DNA of 64,000 nucleotides, filler included, from Circinaria calcarea (GCA_051942165.1; 43 parts of 43 records of this genome joined end to end with filler, not necessarily neighbours in it); one strand, 5' to 3'. Positions 37,336 through 50,749 are shown, counted from the first letter of the whole stretch. Numbers and translations: made by a program. Notes: generated by a model not told the origin, from the sequence alone.

Positions 37336-38216
37336 TGGGTTGCGGTACCGCTTTGATGATCGGNNNNNNNNNNNNNNNNNNNNNNNNNNNNNNNNNNNNN
37401 NNNNNNNTTAATTAATTAANNNNNNNNNNNNNNNNNNNNNNNNNNNNNNNNNNNNNNNNNNNNTATAAAATCTTAGAATTTTTTATATTTATTTACTTAT
37501 TCTATATACGCGCCTAGTTATGAATCGTTTTGGCTCCACTATACCGTTAATATTAATATATTTCGGCGGAGGTTTATTTCGTATCTAAAAGTTATCGACC
37601 CACGGGAAATAGGTTTTTTAGTCCGCAATCGATAGTATAATCGCGCCATCGTCGAGCTTAAAGAGGCGATGGCCTGTAGCCTCGATATCCTTTGGAATAG
37701 TATCGAGCATAGCGGACATTCAAGCGTATGAATATTGGGCGCGGAAGGTTTCGAAACGAGGTTACGACTTCAATGGTGGACATCCCGCTGCTTGGCGACT
37801 ACGATGGTGGACCCCGACCTCGATGATAGTGGGGCGTGAAATATTACAATTCTTTCATCCGCGCACCATACAATTTTCTATGGCGAAGCGATAGATAATT
37901 GTATAGAATGCCTTAGGCATCAAGTCATTAAGGCACCCAGGCACGTGGCACCTAGCCTGGTGCCTATATTTGCTTACGTCGTAGGTGCCTGAGGACGGCA
38001 AGGCAAATCTTTATTTGCCTCACGAAACTTTTCCGAGGAACTGAAATACAAGTCTTTTCCTCTTCAATTATCGATGTGGATAATACATTTCTTTTCTAAT
38101 CCCTAACCCTCAAAGATTCTTTTACAGAAATCTTACCGTATCCTTTTAAGCTACATCGTCTTTCGAGTTGATTTGTCTTTCCGGATTCCCCTATCTTTTC
38201 GGGAGACAATCCAAGG

Positions 38217-38854
38217 ATGATTGAGGCTATGAAATTCGCCATTGTATGTCCCTTAGGTCTAGCCTCGCTTTGGTACATTTTGTATATCAATCTGGTAACG
38301 TATCTCAATCTGATAAGGTATCTCAATCTGATAAGGATCGTGCAGTGGTTAGCGGAACTCTTCTATACAGTTATATACATACCCTGGATATTCTTTGGGC
38401 TTTTCTTTCTGAAAAAAGGATGGTCCGGTAGACATCGCTTGGTTAGTATGACGTGGCCATGGAATACGAAAATCGCGTTGGTGGTGCTCTGGGGTGTCTG
38501 TTGGATGTTCTATGGCTCTCCTTTTTTCCGGACAGATGCTTCGGAGCGTAATGGGTTAGACGGAGACCTCAATTATAGCTTCTTAGAAGAGGAAGACTGG
38601 CAATATTTCGGTAAAACATCCTTATTTTCCATCACCGCAATCTTGTTAACAGTCTCAGCTGTCGATTCAAGCACGATATTCGATCAGAACATCCTCGAAG
38701 ACCCTATGTTCATCAACTTCCAAGGTCAAGGTGGCCGTCCTGCATCAATCAGTGCAGCGGGGTTGGATACTCTCCTCTCCACAGTCGATCCAAGCCAGAA
38801 ACACGATTTCGACCCTAACCTTGGCTTTGCTCGTTCCATTGATGGTTCAGCTTT
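38217..38854 (+). CDS. Hypothetical membrane protein (3' truncated; possible intron)
   Basis: Long open frame with hydrophobic segments and a WPWN..IALVVLWGVCWMFY motif; internal 18-bp duplication encoding YLNLIR twice. Confidence 0.5.
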
Positions 38855-39461
38855 NNNNNNNNNNNNNNNNNNNNNNNNNNNNNNNNNNNNNNNNNNNNTT
38901 AATTAATTAANNNNNNNNNNNNNNNNNNNNNNNNNNNNNNNNNNNNNNNNNNNNCCCCGGCACTCTAGGCCCCCGCCCCCCTCGAAATATACAAATAAAT
39001 AATTCCCACCACTTGTTCAATTTTGGGATTGGATAGTGCAGGCGTGATATGTATTTCTCAGAGCAAGCATCACGTAAGGACTGTTGGTTTGCCCGTACGT
39101 AACAACACTATTTCATCGTTCAAGTGTGTGTGGGAGATTGAAGAAGACTTTTCACGACGAGAAGGGGCAAAGGGGGAAAGAAGAAAAAATGGGGCAAGGA
39201 TTTTTTTTGGTTTCTTTCTCGATTCAATTTCATTGAAAAGAATTACGCTTTCAGACTATGGACGAAATCTTCCTACACAAAATCCCAATCATGTCCATTC
39301 CCCTTCCACCCTAAACCCCCGACAGACTATCCAGCTTCCACATCCGCTCATCCAATCTCAACCGTCATCGATTGCCACAAAATCCCAAACGAGCCTACAT
39401 TTAAAACAATGTGGCCGGAACCTTCCCCTTTTTATCCTCACATTTCCACCTCTCATTCTCC

Positions 39462-40344
39462 TCACCGCTCCCCACTGCTCCCCCACATCTTCTCCCCGGC
39501 CGGCACTTTCCACGCATCCTCTTCCTTGCCGCTGTTGCTGCCGCTGCCGTTCCCCTTCTTTCCCTTCCCTTTTCCCTTGCCCCTCGCTTTTCCTTTGCCC
39601 TTGGCCTTTGCCGCAGCCTGAGATGGGCCGATCTCGCCTTCACTCTCATTCTCAATGTCGCCAGTAAGATCAATTATCTGCCGTTGTGATCCAATCAGCC
39701 AACTTCGATCCCACCAAAAAAAATTCAAGCAGAATGCAAAGTCTCTAGACTTACATTCGAAGTCTTGCCGCCCTTCTTCCCTGGTGACGTCACCACTTCG
39801 CTGAACAGCTTCTTCTGCCTTACCGAGCTCGTGGTGGAATACTCGGACATGTTCTCGCTCTCGTAGCGCTTGTGAACGGGGTGCTGTTTAGACCGCGGGG
39901 GGCTCATACCGAGGATGGCCTGGTGCTTTTCCATAGTGGATTCGGAAAGCTCAAAGTACGGCACGGGAGGTGCAGAGCCCATGGGTACAAGGGCGGGCCC
40001 GGGAAGCTCGCCGGTCGATTTGGCACGCTCGAGGGTATCGCAATTGTTGAGCATGGGAGCTGCTCCCGTTGCTTTCATTTTCTTGAGCTTTTCGACAAGC
40101 TCTGGCTTGTAGTGGTCTGCTTTGTCCTTACGATATTCAGCGACCAAATCGGAGAACGTCTCGGGTACATTCGCTTGAGCCTTCTCGTCCTGAGTGACTT
40201 TGTATTTACCTTTCAGAGTACCTTTCGGGCTTCCTTCGGGGCTTCCCTTGAGAGTAGAAACTTCAGTGGAGGCTTCTGACGTTACGGCTTGCTTCTCATT
40301 GTCGGAGTTGAGAGGTGCTAGATCCTTTGGCGGCGTAGGAGGTC
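39462..40344 (-). CDS. Hypothetical Lys/Gly-rich protein, C-terminal part (intron ~39679-39754)
   Basis: Open frame up to a GTAAGT donor, then GCTGAT branch and CAG acceptor; last exon IIDLTGDIENE...(GK)n. Confidence 0.6.
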
Positions 40345-40925
40345 NNNNNNNNNNNNNNNNNNNNNNNNNNNNNNNNNNNNNNNNNNNNTTAATTAATTAA
40401 NNNNNNNNNNNNNNNNNNNNNNNNNNNNNNNNNNNNNNNNNNNNGAGATGTAGGGATGGGGGAGGGGTTTTGATGGAAAAGGGGTTTTTGATGGAAAGAA
40501 GGGTGGTGATAATGATGGCGTTTGAGCAGCGAAGGGGGGGACATTGATCGATTGATTGGGAAGGATAAGGAGTACATGTCTGAGACTGGGCTCGGAAAGT
40601 GTTCGGTTCAGACATCGTGTTTAGGATTTTGGACAATTGGATTTTATATTTTCGGGGGAGAAAAAGATATATACATCCCTACCTTTCCCCCTTTTCGTGA
40701 TCTCGAGCCGCATTCCCCATTCATCCGCTTTCGTCACAATACCGTACCAGGTCGTATTGCTTGATACAAGACGGGCTTTTTGAGGGAACATGTACAACGA
40801 AACAAATAGTCCAAAACGGATAGATTGAAGTCCTGACTGATCAAGCATCGTAGTCCCGAAAACTAAACGATCCTCAAGGTCTCAGTCAAAGCTTGTAGGT
40901 TTGGTGATAGAGGAAGGGAGGGCAT

Positions 40926-41834
40926 TCAAGTCATGAAATACTTCGGTCCCTCACCTCCCTGCGGAGTCTGCCAGTTGATATCCTGATCCGGGACTTTGAT
41001 ATCGCACGTCTTGCAATGGATGCAACTGTAAAGCCCACACATGTTAGTGAATTGAAGATGCTGCCGCCAACTTAACGCAGAGACTTGATGGGAGAATAGA
41101 CCTACTTCTGTGCGTTGATTTGAAACCGCATGCCCACATCCTTACTCTCATCTTCCACGTATTCATACACTCCAGCCGGACAGAACCGATTCTCCACCCC
41201 TTTGTATTTCGGCCACTCTTTCGTCGCATGCTCATCCCAGTCTTTGACTTGCAAGTGGACCGGTTGATCTTCCTCGTGGTTCGTACCCGTTCGACTAACG
41301 CTCGTCAAGATATCAAAGCTGATCTCGTTATCCGGCTTCGGATATTCGATTTTCTTGCACTGATCCGCGGCTTTCGTAGCGCCGTGATCCGTACCGGAAT
41401 GCTTAAGGGTCCATGGGGTCTTGCCACGGAAGATGTAGGCTTCGAGACCGGAATACATGATTCCGCCGTAGATACCGAGGGGTGAGTGGAAAGAGGGGCG
41501 CATATTTCGAACTTCTTTGAGTTCTTTCCAGATGGTGCTGGAGCGGAGATCATCCTCGTAATCGTAGAGAAAGACACTGCTGCCATCTGTGTTGGTTGTG
41601 AGGGCTTTGTATGCTGCTTGTGCGGCAAGCATCCCGGAACGCATTGCTGTATGGGTCCCTTTGATCTTTGGTACGTTAAGAAATCCGGCGGTGTCGCCGA
41701 TAAGTGCGCCTCCTGGAAAGGAGCATTTGGGTATCGATTGGAAGCCGCCTTCGTTAAGGGCACGTGCGCCGTATGTAAGGCATTTACCACCCTGGATGAC
41801 AGATTTATATAGAGGATGATGTTTCAACTTTTGA
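40926..41834 (-). CDS. CIR2: Electron-transfer flavoprotein:ubiquinone oxidoreductase, C-terminal part (intron 41026-41105)
   Basis: [52 protein letters not shown] (4Fe-4S ligands), GGEGPKY. Confidence 0.95.
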
Positions 41835-42080
41835 NNNNNNNNNNNNNNNNNNNNNNNNNNNNNNNNNNNNNNNNNNNNTTAATTAATTAANNNNNNNNNN
41901 NNNNNNNNNNNNNNNNNNNNNNNNNNNNNNNNNNAGTTTCCCTTCGTAGAAACTTCCTCAACTCTTCGTCAACTCTCATATAAAAAGTCCCTTGCCAGTA
42001 ATTTGTCTTCAGAGTAACTCTATCAATCGATTTTCCAACTCATTATCACACCCACACCAAATACAATACCTCTAATCATC

Positions 42081-42593
42081 ATGTCTGACGACTGGGACAC
42101 CGTTACGAAAATCGGCAGCAAAACTGGGGGTGGCGCCTCCCAGCGCGAGACTGTCGTCCGTGGCAAAGGAGCCCTCAACGCTGCTCAACGTAGCGGCCAA
42201 ATTATTGCTACAGAAAAGAAGTATACCGCCGGCAACCCCGTAAGTCCTTCCCCCGCCGAATTACCACCCTGATCCACCTTTTTGTTGACCGTCAAATAGG
42301 CCAACAAATCTGGGGTTGAAGGTCAGCGTTTAACCAAAGTCGATCGCTCTGATGACATTGTCACCCCGCAAAAGGTCGATACGAAGATCGCAGAGGCCAT
42401 CAAGCAGCGGCGGGCGCAGGAAGGATTCAAAATGACGCAAGCACAGTTGGCTCAGAAAGTCAACGCGCAGGCGAACGATATCAAGCTGTTAGAGAGCGGG
42501 ACTGCAATCAAGAACCAGGCGCTCCTGAACAAGGTGGCGAGGGTGCTGAAGATTAGTCCGAAGACTGGGGAACCGTTGCAGGACAAGCATTAA
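42081..42593 (+). CDS. MBF1: Multiprotein bridging factor 1, complete (intron 42240-42299)
   Basis: [36 protein letters not shown]-terminal HTH. Confidence 0.95.
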
Positions 42594-43228
42594 GGAAGGA
42601 TGAGAAGCTAGGAGAGCTATGGCCGTGGAGGATGGGTAGCTACGATGAACGACCGAGGTAGAGGGTAGATATGAGGAGTTTAAGGGATGATGTTGTTACT
42701 GTTGTTTAGCGGCAAGACGAAGACTTGCATGATTAGAGATAGACAGCTAAGAAAGGGCACTCACAACATAACATCCCACATGTACCCTTTCTGTCTCCTC
42801 CATCCTACGAGACTTGGATCTGCTAAAACTGGTTCTCCAACCCTAACAAACCCAATGTGCAGAGTGCGGCAAGGAAATGCAGCTATTTACCAGATTCCGC
42901 ATGGATATTATAGTAGTGTATTGATTTGCCTGACTTCAGGAAAATAACCACCCATGAACTCATACACAGCGACGCTAGTCCTACGAAGCCCACGATTTCC
43001 CTCAAGAAGCTTAATATGTCAGGGACCTTGGAAACCGAGCATTCACACCAGATTGGCGAAACGGGCGCCGCGTGAGTAAAGCAGGGGTTCCACAACCAAG
43101 TATATCAACATCCTGTAACGAAAACCCTCGACTTTGTACAGTATTGAAACATCACTGCTGCACGCCCACTCATCCTAATAATGTCCTCAAGAGCATCCAA
43201 AGGAAGCTGAAACAGGTGCCAACATTGC

Positions 43229-43321
43229 TCACTTGCTACCACCGAAGCCAAGCCAACTGGCAATCCCCTTCTTCGCCTCAACCGTCTTCCTCTCCACGGT
43301 CTTGTCGAAAGTTGCAACCGT
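43229..43321 (-). CDS. C-terminus of a small helical hypothetical protein (FDKTVERKTVEAKKGIASWLGFGGSK*), convergent with MBF1
   Basis: Open frame from the contig edge; resembles, from memory, C-termini of small LEA-like fungal proteins. Confidence 0.45.
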   Translation of the reverse strand, partial: TVATFDKTVERKTVEAKKGIASWLGFGGSK

Positions 43322-43514
43322 GTNNNNNNNNNNNNNNNNNNNNNNNNNNNNNNNNNNNNNNNNNNNNTTAATTAATTAANNNNNNNNNNNNNNNNNNNNN
43401 NNNNNNNNNNNNNNNNNNNNNNNTAAAAATTTTTATTTTTATAAGAGATAATATGTAAATGCTTCAATTTAAGCAAGAAAAGAAAGTTTTTAATTAGTTA
43501 AACTAATAAATTAA

Positions 43515-44810
43515 TTAAAAGTTGAGATAGGTATCAGAATATGAAAGAAGAGATAATAAATTACATAAATTCAAAGATTCATTAGGTATTAATATAAATG
43601 ACAAGACTAATAATGAGAGTATGGCCAAACTAATGGACAAATAATTCGAAAGTGAAACTTCTAGATAAATGTATGATTTTTGATATTCAGTTTTGTCAAA
43701 ATATATTGTTTTTATAACAAATAAGTAATAAACAGCACCTATAACACTAGTTAATACTGCAACTAAAACTAAAATAGTTTTATTATTATCTAAAGCAGTT
43801 GTTAGTACCATCTGTTTTGCAAAAAATCCAGCTAAAGGTGGTAAACCTAGAAATGAAAACATACTAATAACTAAGCACAAAGCTAAAACCGGATTAATAG
43901 AAAAATAACCTTTTAATTGACTAATCAATTGTATAGGAGAATTATTTTTTTCGCTTAAATTATTATTTTCTGATTGATTTGTATAATATAAATATAAACT
44001 AAAACCTATACCAATTATTGCAAGAAATACATTTAAATTAGTTAAAAGATATTGCATTACATAAAATAAAAAAGCTTGGTATGACTCAGTGTTATGTACA
44101 ATTAAAGCTAATAGCATAAAACCTACATGAGATATTGTACTATAAGCAAGTAATCTTTTTATTCTAATCTGAGTTAAACCTAACACAGTACCTATTATTA
44201 ATGAAAAAAAACAACTTATTGACAAACTTGTAACTCATGAATAAAGTTGTATACTAGAATCTAATAAACTACTAGAATAATGCACTAATTCCAAAAATAA
44301 TATTAATATAGATATTTTACCTAATATCGCTATAAACGTTGTAACTATTGTAGGTACTCCGTCATACACATCAGGTGATCATCAATGAAATGGTGCTGCT
44401 GCTATTTTAAATAAAAATCCAACAGATATCAATAAAAAACTATAAAATACATATGTATGCATATATCATGTAGAAAAATATAGATAAGACTCAGAATCTG
44501 AAATTATTGAATAAATACCGTCTAGATTTGTTAGACCTGAATTAGCATAAATTAATGCTATACCTAATAATATAAAACATGAAGATAAACCTCCTAATAA
44601 AAAATATGTAAGAGCAGAACCTGTTGAGGATTCAGAATTTCTATGCATAGCTGATATTATATATAAACTGAAGCTTTGTAATTCTAAACATAAATATAAA
44701 GAAGCAAAATCTCCTGATGAGATTAACAAAGTTGCACCTGTTATTACAAATATTACTATAAGTGCATATTCTATAATAGTAAATTGTTCTGACATTTTAT
44801 TAATAATATT
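43515..44810 (-). CDS. nad2: Mitochondrial NADH dehydrogenase subunit 2 (genetic code 4), 5' truncated
   Basis: Very AT-rich. [23 protein letters not shown](TGA)(TGA)[21 protein letters not shown] and [11 protein letters not shown] form a single frame when TGA=Trp. Confidence 0.96.
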
Positions 44811-44998
44811 NNNNNNNNNNNNNNNNNNNNNNNNNNNNNNNNNNNNNNNNNNNNTTAATTAATTAANNNNNNNNNNNNNNNNNNNNNNNNNNNNNNNNNN
44901 NNNNNNNNNNGGGGAAGGGGAAAACAAAGAAAAAACAAAGGGGAAAAAAAAAATCCCCCGTACTCCGTACTCCTTTTTGTAACAGTTTTATTCCGGTA

Positions 44999-45047
<49 letters not shown>
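44999..45047. repeat. (TCGGTG)n microsatellite
   Basis: About 8 perfect hexamers. Confidence 0.95.
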
Positions 45048-45048
<1 letters not shown>

Positions 45049-45155
45049 AGCCGCGCAATGTAATGTAAGTGTGAACCGGAACCGGATACGGTACGGTACG
45101 GTACGGGTAGATACTTTGGTTTTCGGAAGACTGGGACTGGGACTGCTGCTAGTTG

Positions 45156-45872
45156 CTAGTGGCTAGTGGCTAGTTCTAGTTTGCAGCTATCAAGGTATTC
45201 TGGCAGTCCTTCTTGGTTCGCGCGCGTACGTATCTTCACTTCCCACTCGAGATCTTTTGGGGGCCGAGGGGTGTGGGCTGGGGGCCTGTGGCTGTTCGGT
45301 ATAGATAAGATAGCTGATGTGAGACGCGTGCAGTGCAGACTTTCTTTCCTTTCCGTGTGATGTGGCTGGGAGTTTTTTTTTTGTGGTGATACTGGAGGTG
45401 TTTTTCTTCTACCCGGGCGCTGGGCTGGTAAAATGCGTGTAGGTAAGGTAGGCAAGGTAGACTCGTAGATTTTCTTAAAGAGGGGATCTGCAGCTGCGCT
45501 GCTCATCTGTACTGGCTGCTCGCTGGAGGGTTTGTAGATGGCCCCCGCCTTTTCAGGAGAGTGTTTGCAGGTGTCCGTTTCGAGAGTTGGGGGAAATCTC
45601 AACTCTTCTTTTGGTTTAATAAAGTTTCTCCGGCTTGCACCGCTGAGTTCGCTCCCCCTGCATCCCTTCCGGCATCTGGGTGTGCACGGGTCTGCAGCTT
45701 CCTTTGAGGAGAGCTCGTTTCTTGGCGGATTTAATCTTCTTTCGCTGTTTGAACTGATATCCCTTCGGGTTGCCCTTCTTGGTAGCCGGTAGGATTTTCT
45801 CCCTTCGTTGGCCCTGTCATCGGACAAGCTCTTCGGGAGATGAGCGGCGCTTTTGGTATAGCTTGCTTTCAT
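45156..45872 (-). CDS. Hypothetical basic protein, 238 aa
   Basis: ATG-to-stop ORF only; no recognised motif. Confidence 0.3.
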   Translation of the reverse strand: MKASYTKSAAHLPKSLSDDRANEGRKSYRLPRRATRRDISSNSERRLNPPRNELSSKEAADPCTPRCRKGCRGSELSGASRRNFIKPKEELRFPPTLETDTCKHSPEKAGAIYKPSSEQPVQMSSAAADPLFKKIYESTLPTLPTRILPAQRPGRRKTPPVSPQKKNSQPHHTERKESLHCTRLTSAILSIPNSHRPPAHTPRPPKDLEWEVKIRTRANQEGLPEYLDSCKLELATSH

Positions 45873-47202
45873 GATTCACCATAGCTAAGCAAACCCTTTA
45901 ATAAAGATTTTTAGGGTGGACTCATGGATTATACAATCAGTGTTGCCTGCTTCGGTGGAAGAATTTTGGGAGGTGGAAGGATTTCGGGAGGTGGTTGTAT
46001 AAACTCCAAATTGTTCCGTCTCCTTTTGTGAAATGTTATCTGAATTGGACTCACAGACTGTACGACCAGTCTCGCCTTTTTTTGGCGGAAGGTTTCTGAG
46101 GTAACATCATGGACCTTAAATCAATCCAGCCTGCCTCGGTAAAAGATATCCCGAAGCGAACCCAATCCCCGTTCCTTTGGTATAAATTGTTTTAGGGTGA
46201 ACTTAACGGAACGTAAACCAGTCCCACCTTTTTTCCATGGCAGTTTTTCTTAAGACGTACTCACGGACCACAAATTTAGTCCTACACCCTTTGGGGGNNN
46301 NNNNNNNNNNNNNNNNNNNNNNNNNNNNNNNNNNNNNNNNNTTAATTAATTAANNNNNNNNNNNNNNNNNNNNNNNNNNNNNNNNNNNNNNNNNNNNCTC
46401 CTCTCCCCCACCACTTCCCTCTCGCTAAGCTCCCCCCTTTTCTTCTTCTTCTTCTTCTTCTTCTTCTTTTTCCTTTCAGGTCCAAGATACCTCCAAAAAA
46501 AAGACTCTCCCCCCCCCCCGGGAACAAAAATCCGAGAAAACAAAAAGACAAAAAGATGATAGAAAGGCCCGTTCCTTCCCCTCAGAAATCCCTTTCCTCT
46601 CCATCTACAATCCAAACCCAACATCAAAAGGCCCGGTGACCCCTGCCTTTTGAAAAATACAAAAGCCACCGATTCCCTTGAACCAAAAAAAATAACAAGA
46701 TCATAAGACGGAGTTGAAAGTTGGGAGGGGGTAAAAGAAAGCGGAGTTAGGAATAAGGGGGATGAGGTAGGAAGGAATGTGGCAGTGGGACTGGATTTTG
46801 CAATTGGGATTGGGATTTGGAATCGGGAACGGGAACGGGAACGGGGAAAATCTCTAGGGAGTTTTGAAGGAGGGTTTTTTTTTTAGGTTCGGAGATTCAG
46901 TTTGAGGTTTGGGGATGAAGGGTTCTGTTTTGGGAGCGAAGGGGAACTGGGGGAAAAGATAGATGGAAGAGGGAGGTGTGGGTAGGCGGTGCGGGAATGT
47001 AAAAACTAGGGCCGAGGAGGGGGGATTTCCCCGGGGCTAGGAAGTCGTAAAAGAACCAAAAGGTACCTTGGAATAAAAAATCCGTGCTCAGTTGTGAACA
47101 CTCTACATGATTGAATACACTACTTTCAGTACCGCACTTCACCTGCCTCCACAGTCCCCAACCGCCCAGGAAGGCAAAAGGGCAAAAAGGCAAAATGACC
47201 TC

Positions 47203-47782
47203 CTAAAACAACCAAGAAATAAACCGATACCACCTCCCCGCTCTCCCTCCCTTCCCCTTGGCCGCCTTCGCCGCCAAAAACTCGTTTTCTTCCTGGTCAA
47301 TCACGTCCTTGCCCGAGAATATATCCGCATTCAGCGGCGTCCAGCCTGGTTCCTTGCGGACGAGCTTATACCCCAGAATCATGCCTAGGTAGAGCGGGAT
47401 ACCCAGGTATCCCGTGATGAAGTTTTTGTAGTCAAAGGTGCGGAGGTCTGGGTCGCGCGTACTGTCGTGGATAAAGACGTCAAAGTTTTTGAAGATGGCG
47501 ATGAGGATGCAGAAGAAGAGGGCGCCGTAGGATCCCCATATGCCCAATGGAGCTATGTACGGCATTTGGTGGTCGGAAATTCCCTGGGCGCGGCGGGCGC
47601 GGACAAAGTAGATATGGGCGACAAGGATGGAGATCCAGGTGAGAAGGCCGAAGATGGTGACGAGGTTGACAAAGTAGTTGAAGACGTTGGTGGAGGATTG
47701 AGAGACGTTGAGGAAGGCGATGAGGGAAATGGTGGCGGAGAGTCCAAGGGCGTAGATGGGAACACCGCGGCGGTCGGTACGG
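47203..47782 (-). CDS. DIP5: Amino-acid permease (dicarboxylic amino acid permease-like), C-terminal part
   Basis: RTDRRGVPIYALG, YFVNLVTIFGLLTWISIL, FVRARRAQG, FDYKNFITGYLGIP. Confidence 0.85.
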
Positions 47783-49990
47783 NNNNNNNNNNNNNNNNNN
47801 NNNNNNNNNNNNNNNNNNNNNNNNNNTTAATTAATTAANNNNNNNNNNNNNNNNNNNNNNNNNNNNNNNNNNNNNNNNNNNNAGTCATTGAGTATCTTGT
47901 CCGCAGAGGCTTGACAGAGTTTATGAACCTGCTCCGTCTTAGTAACTACCGAAAGCAGACCTTCAAACCAACTCTAGTCGGTGGGCTTTCGACAAGAAAG
48001 AAAGGCAGGAACCATAATGGTACAGCCGAGCATACCTGGTTGTATGTGATATACACCTTCTGGACCATCCTGATAACGAGCAAATGACACTCCCGGGTGG
48101 TACACTGATGAGGGCAGGCTGCGTATCAAAACCATCATTCTTGGACGGTTGTCGGAGTCTCGGAGGGTTTCGCCGGGATTCCCCACGGTTCGAGTTTCAC
48201 GCTAACGGCTGACGCCGAGGGTCGAATACCTTAACCTTTCCCTAGCAGCGCCTCGACCTCCTCCTACTGCAGTCCTGTATCAAACCCCTGATGCGCCAAG
48301 GCCGACGTCGGGGAGAAACGTCTCAGGTTCTAAACTCAACGTCTTGTCGTCGGTTCACACAGTGACGCCGTGTCACCAGAGAAGAAGTCAGACCTTGAAA
48401 GCTGACATCTCGCCAAAACTATCCCTGATAGCTGCAACATCCCGCTCATGTACGACAGCTTCATTGTTACATTTTGTTACCAAATACTCCGTCAGAGCTG
48501 TTACCAGATACGAGCGTAATGCCATCTAGAAGATCGGCTGTTCCGTTTCGCTGTCTTCCAACCTAATGATACAGTAATCCGCAATTCACATCAAGTAGCG
48601 ATGTTTGAGAACCCTTGAAAGCGCAAAAAGTCAACCTATGGCGCAGTAAGTGGCGACCATGCTCGGTATCTATCCTCTCCCGCTTTCGAAGTAGGGATGA
48701 TCCCCAACCGGCTGGCTGTGCGGTGTCATAGCTAAACACGTCCCACGCCAAATTGCCGCAGACACCCACCTCCTAAATTTTCTCGAACCACAGTGCCATA
48801 GTGATAATTGGGGTCTGAGTTGTTGAGATGAGCACGGTCTGCAAGGCTCAGGGGCTGGACGCGAACTTGGTGCGAACTAATAGCAAGGAGCATGGCACAC
48901 GTGGTTGGTGCTGACAGCGAACCCTCCAACCACCAAAGGCACTCCGGACTCATGTACATAATCTTACATACACGTACCACGGACTACTGTGGTATTTACC
49001 CCTCGGCTTGACCCCCCCCCCAACAAATGCAGAGGAAAGATGATCGGACGAAAGGTCGGTATGGGGGTAGCCTACCTCGTCGTAGTGGGAGAGTCCAATT
49101 GGCCCTACTGTAGTTCTTGCGCAATCCCAGCATGTGTTAAGTTAAACCCTGTCGCCGACCCTGTCCCGCATCGTTGCGAGCATTGAACCGAGCTTTCGAA
49201 TGTCAGGCCAAAGAGAGCTCTCCCTATCCCCCCCCCAAGATATACCTACGTGCTACCTACCCGTACNNNNNNNNNNNNNNNNNNNNNNNNNNNNNNNNNN
49301 NNNNNNNNNNTTAATTAATTAANNNNNNNNNNNNNNNNNNNNNNNNNNNNNNNNNNNNNNNNNNNNCTTTCTCTCTCCGATACCGCCCCCTCCCCTTTCT
49401 ATCACAACAAGCCCCCTTTCTTTTTTCCCCTTTACCCTTCTACTCGCCATATCAATATCATATCAAATATAACTCCACCAAGAGCAAGAGTAATAAGAGC
49501 AGCAGGAGCAGCAGAAGCAGAATCTTCTCTCTACTCTCCGCTTCGCTTCGTTTCGCTTGTTGAAATTTCGGCGCTGCCGGCCCCCCCTTCCCCCTCCCGG
49601 GGGACCGTTTATCTCAATCTAATCTACATACGGTAGTTTCGTTGAGGAGATGTGAAGGATGTGAGGGATGTGTCCGGAAAGTATGGGCCCCCCCCCGGGG
49701 GTTGGATCTTTGCGATTTCTTGTTAAAGAAAAAAAAGGTCCGAGGAGATTTGGTGATGGGAGGGGTAGGGTAGGATGGTTTATGCTAATTGCGAGGGGGG
49801 GAAAAGAGGGTGGGGTGTTTGGTTAATGGTGGCGAGGAGGGGATTTTTAAAATTCGAACTAGGGGCGTAACTTCGAGGTGAATGGTTGTATGTACCATAA
49901 AAGGGGGGTATAAAGTTTGAGGAAAGGGAAACTAAGTTCCCATACTCCTTTCCAACGCCAATAAACACCCCCACGTCCTTTCCAAATTGC

Positions 49991-50749
49991 TTATGTAGGT
50001 TGATTCAACTTCCTGTACATTTTCTCCACATCTCTCACCAAATCCTTCACCGTACTCCCCCCCTCGCAATCCTTCCACGCCCCCCCGTCCCGCACACACC
50101 GAATCTCCTCCGCCAGCCTGACCGTACAGCTATACACGACGCCCTTGTCCCGACTCCTCTCCACGCTCTCCCTCAGCAAATCCATGCCCGTGCCCTCGTC
50201 GCTGACGCAGTCGTTCAGTTTGGAGAAGCCGACGCCATGCTCGTTAGCGCAGGATTCGATGAGATTACGCGAGGGAATGTCGGCGTAGGAGGCGAGTATG
50301 CAGTTGGTGAAGCCGAGGGAGATGAGAGCGGAGGAGGGATAGAGGGATTGGGCGCAGAGCGAGAGGATGTCGCCGAGGCATTCGGAGGGGCCGTGCTTGC
50401 AGATTATGGAATCGTCGGGGGCGATACTGGGGAATTGGGTGTTAGTGGAGGACTGGATGAGGTAGGTGATTCCCTCTTCCGAATAATTGATGACCTGCAA
50501 AAGGAAAGGGGAGGCATACCTCCCGATGAAACTCAGCTGGAAATCCACCTTCTCGGAGATGTTGACCATGGCCGGCACGACGAGGTCACGGAGGCAGTCG
50601 CGAGCGTCGGGACATTTGGACATGATGTGGGCTTCCAAGGGGACTCGGATGGTTCGGTTGGCTTCGGAGGGTGGTGGAGCGTGAGTGTTAGAGGGTGTTG
50701 GTGAGCTTGGTTGGAGGAAGGAGGCTGGCGATTTGGAGCGTCCTAGGTG
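49991..50749 (-). CDS. GILT-family (gamma-interferon-inducible lysosomal thiol reductase-like) protein, 5' truncated; probable in-frame intron 50427-50519
   Basis: VPLEAHIMSKCPDARDC, LSFIG, CKHGPSECLGD, SCTVRL..RCVRDGGAWKDC. Confidence 0.88.
   Translation of the reverse strand, partial: HLGRSKSPASFLQPSSPTPSNTHAPPPSEANRTIRVPLEAHIMSKCPDARDCLRDLVVPAMVNISEKVDFQLSFIGRYASPFLLQVINYSEEGITYLIQSSTNTQFPSIAPDDSIICKHGPSECLGDILSLCAQSLYPSSALISLGFTNCILASYADIPSRNLIESCANEHGVGFSKLNDCVSDEGTGMDLLRESVERSRDKGVVYSCTVRLAEEIRCVRDGGAWKDCEGGSTVKDLVRDVEKMYRKLNQPT

Noticed and set aside
43515..44795. nad2 split into two ORFs or a pseudogene
   Set aside because: All interruptions are TGA, which is Trp in the mould mitochondrial code.
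50000..50704. Long antisense ORFs (also 1515-1982, 35101-35796, 61965-62501, 24156-24677)
   Set aside because: Shadow frames opposite well-supported genes.
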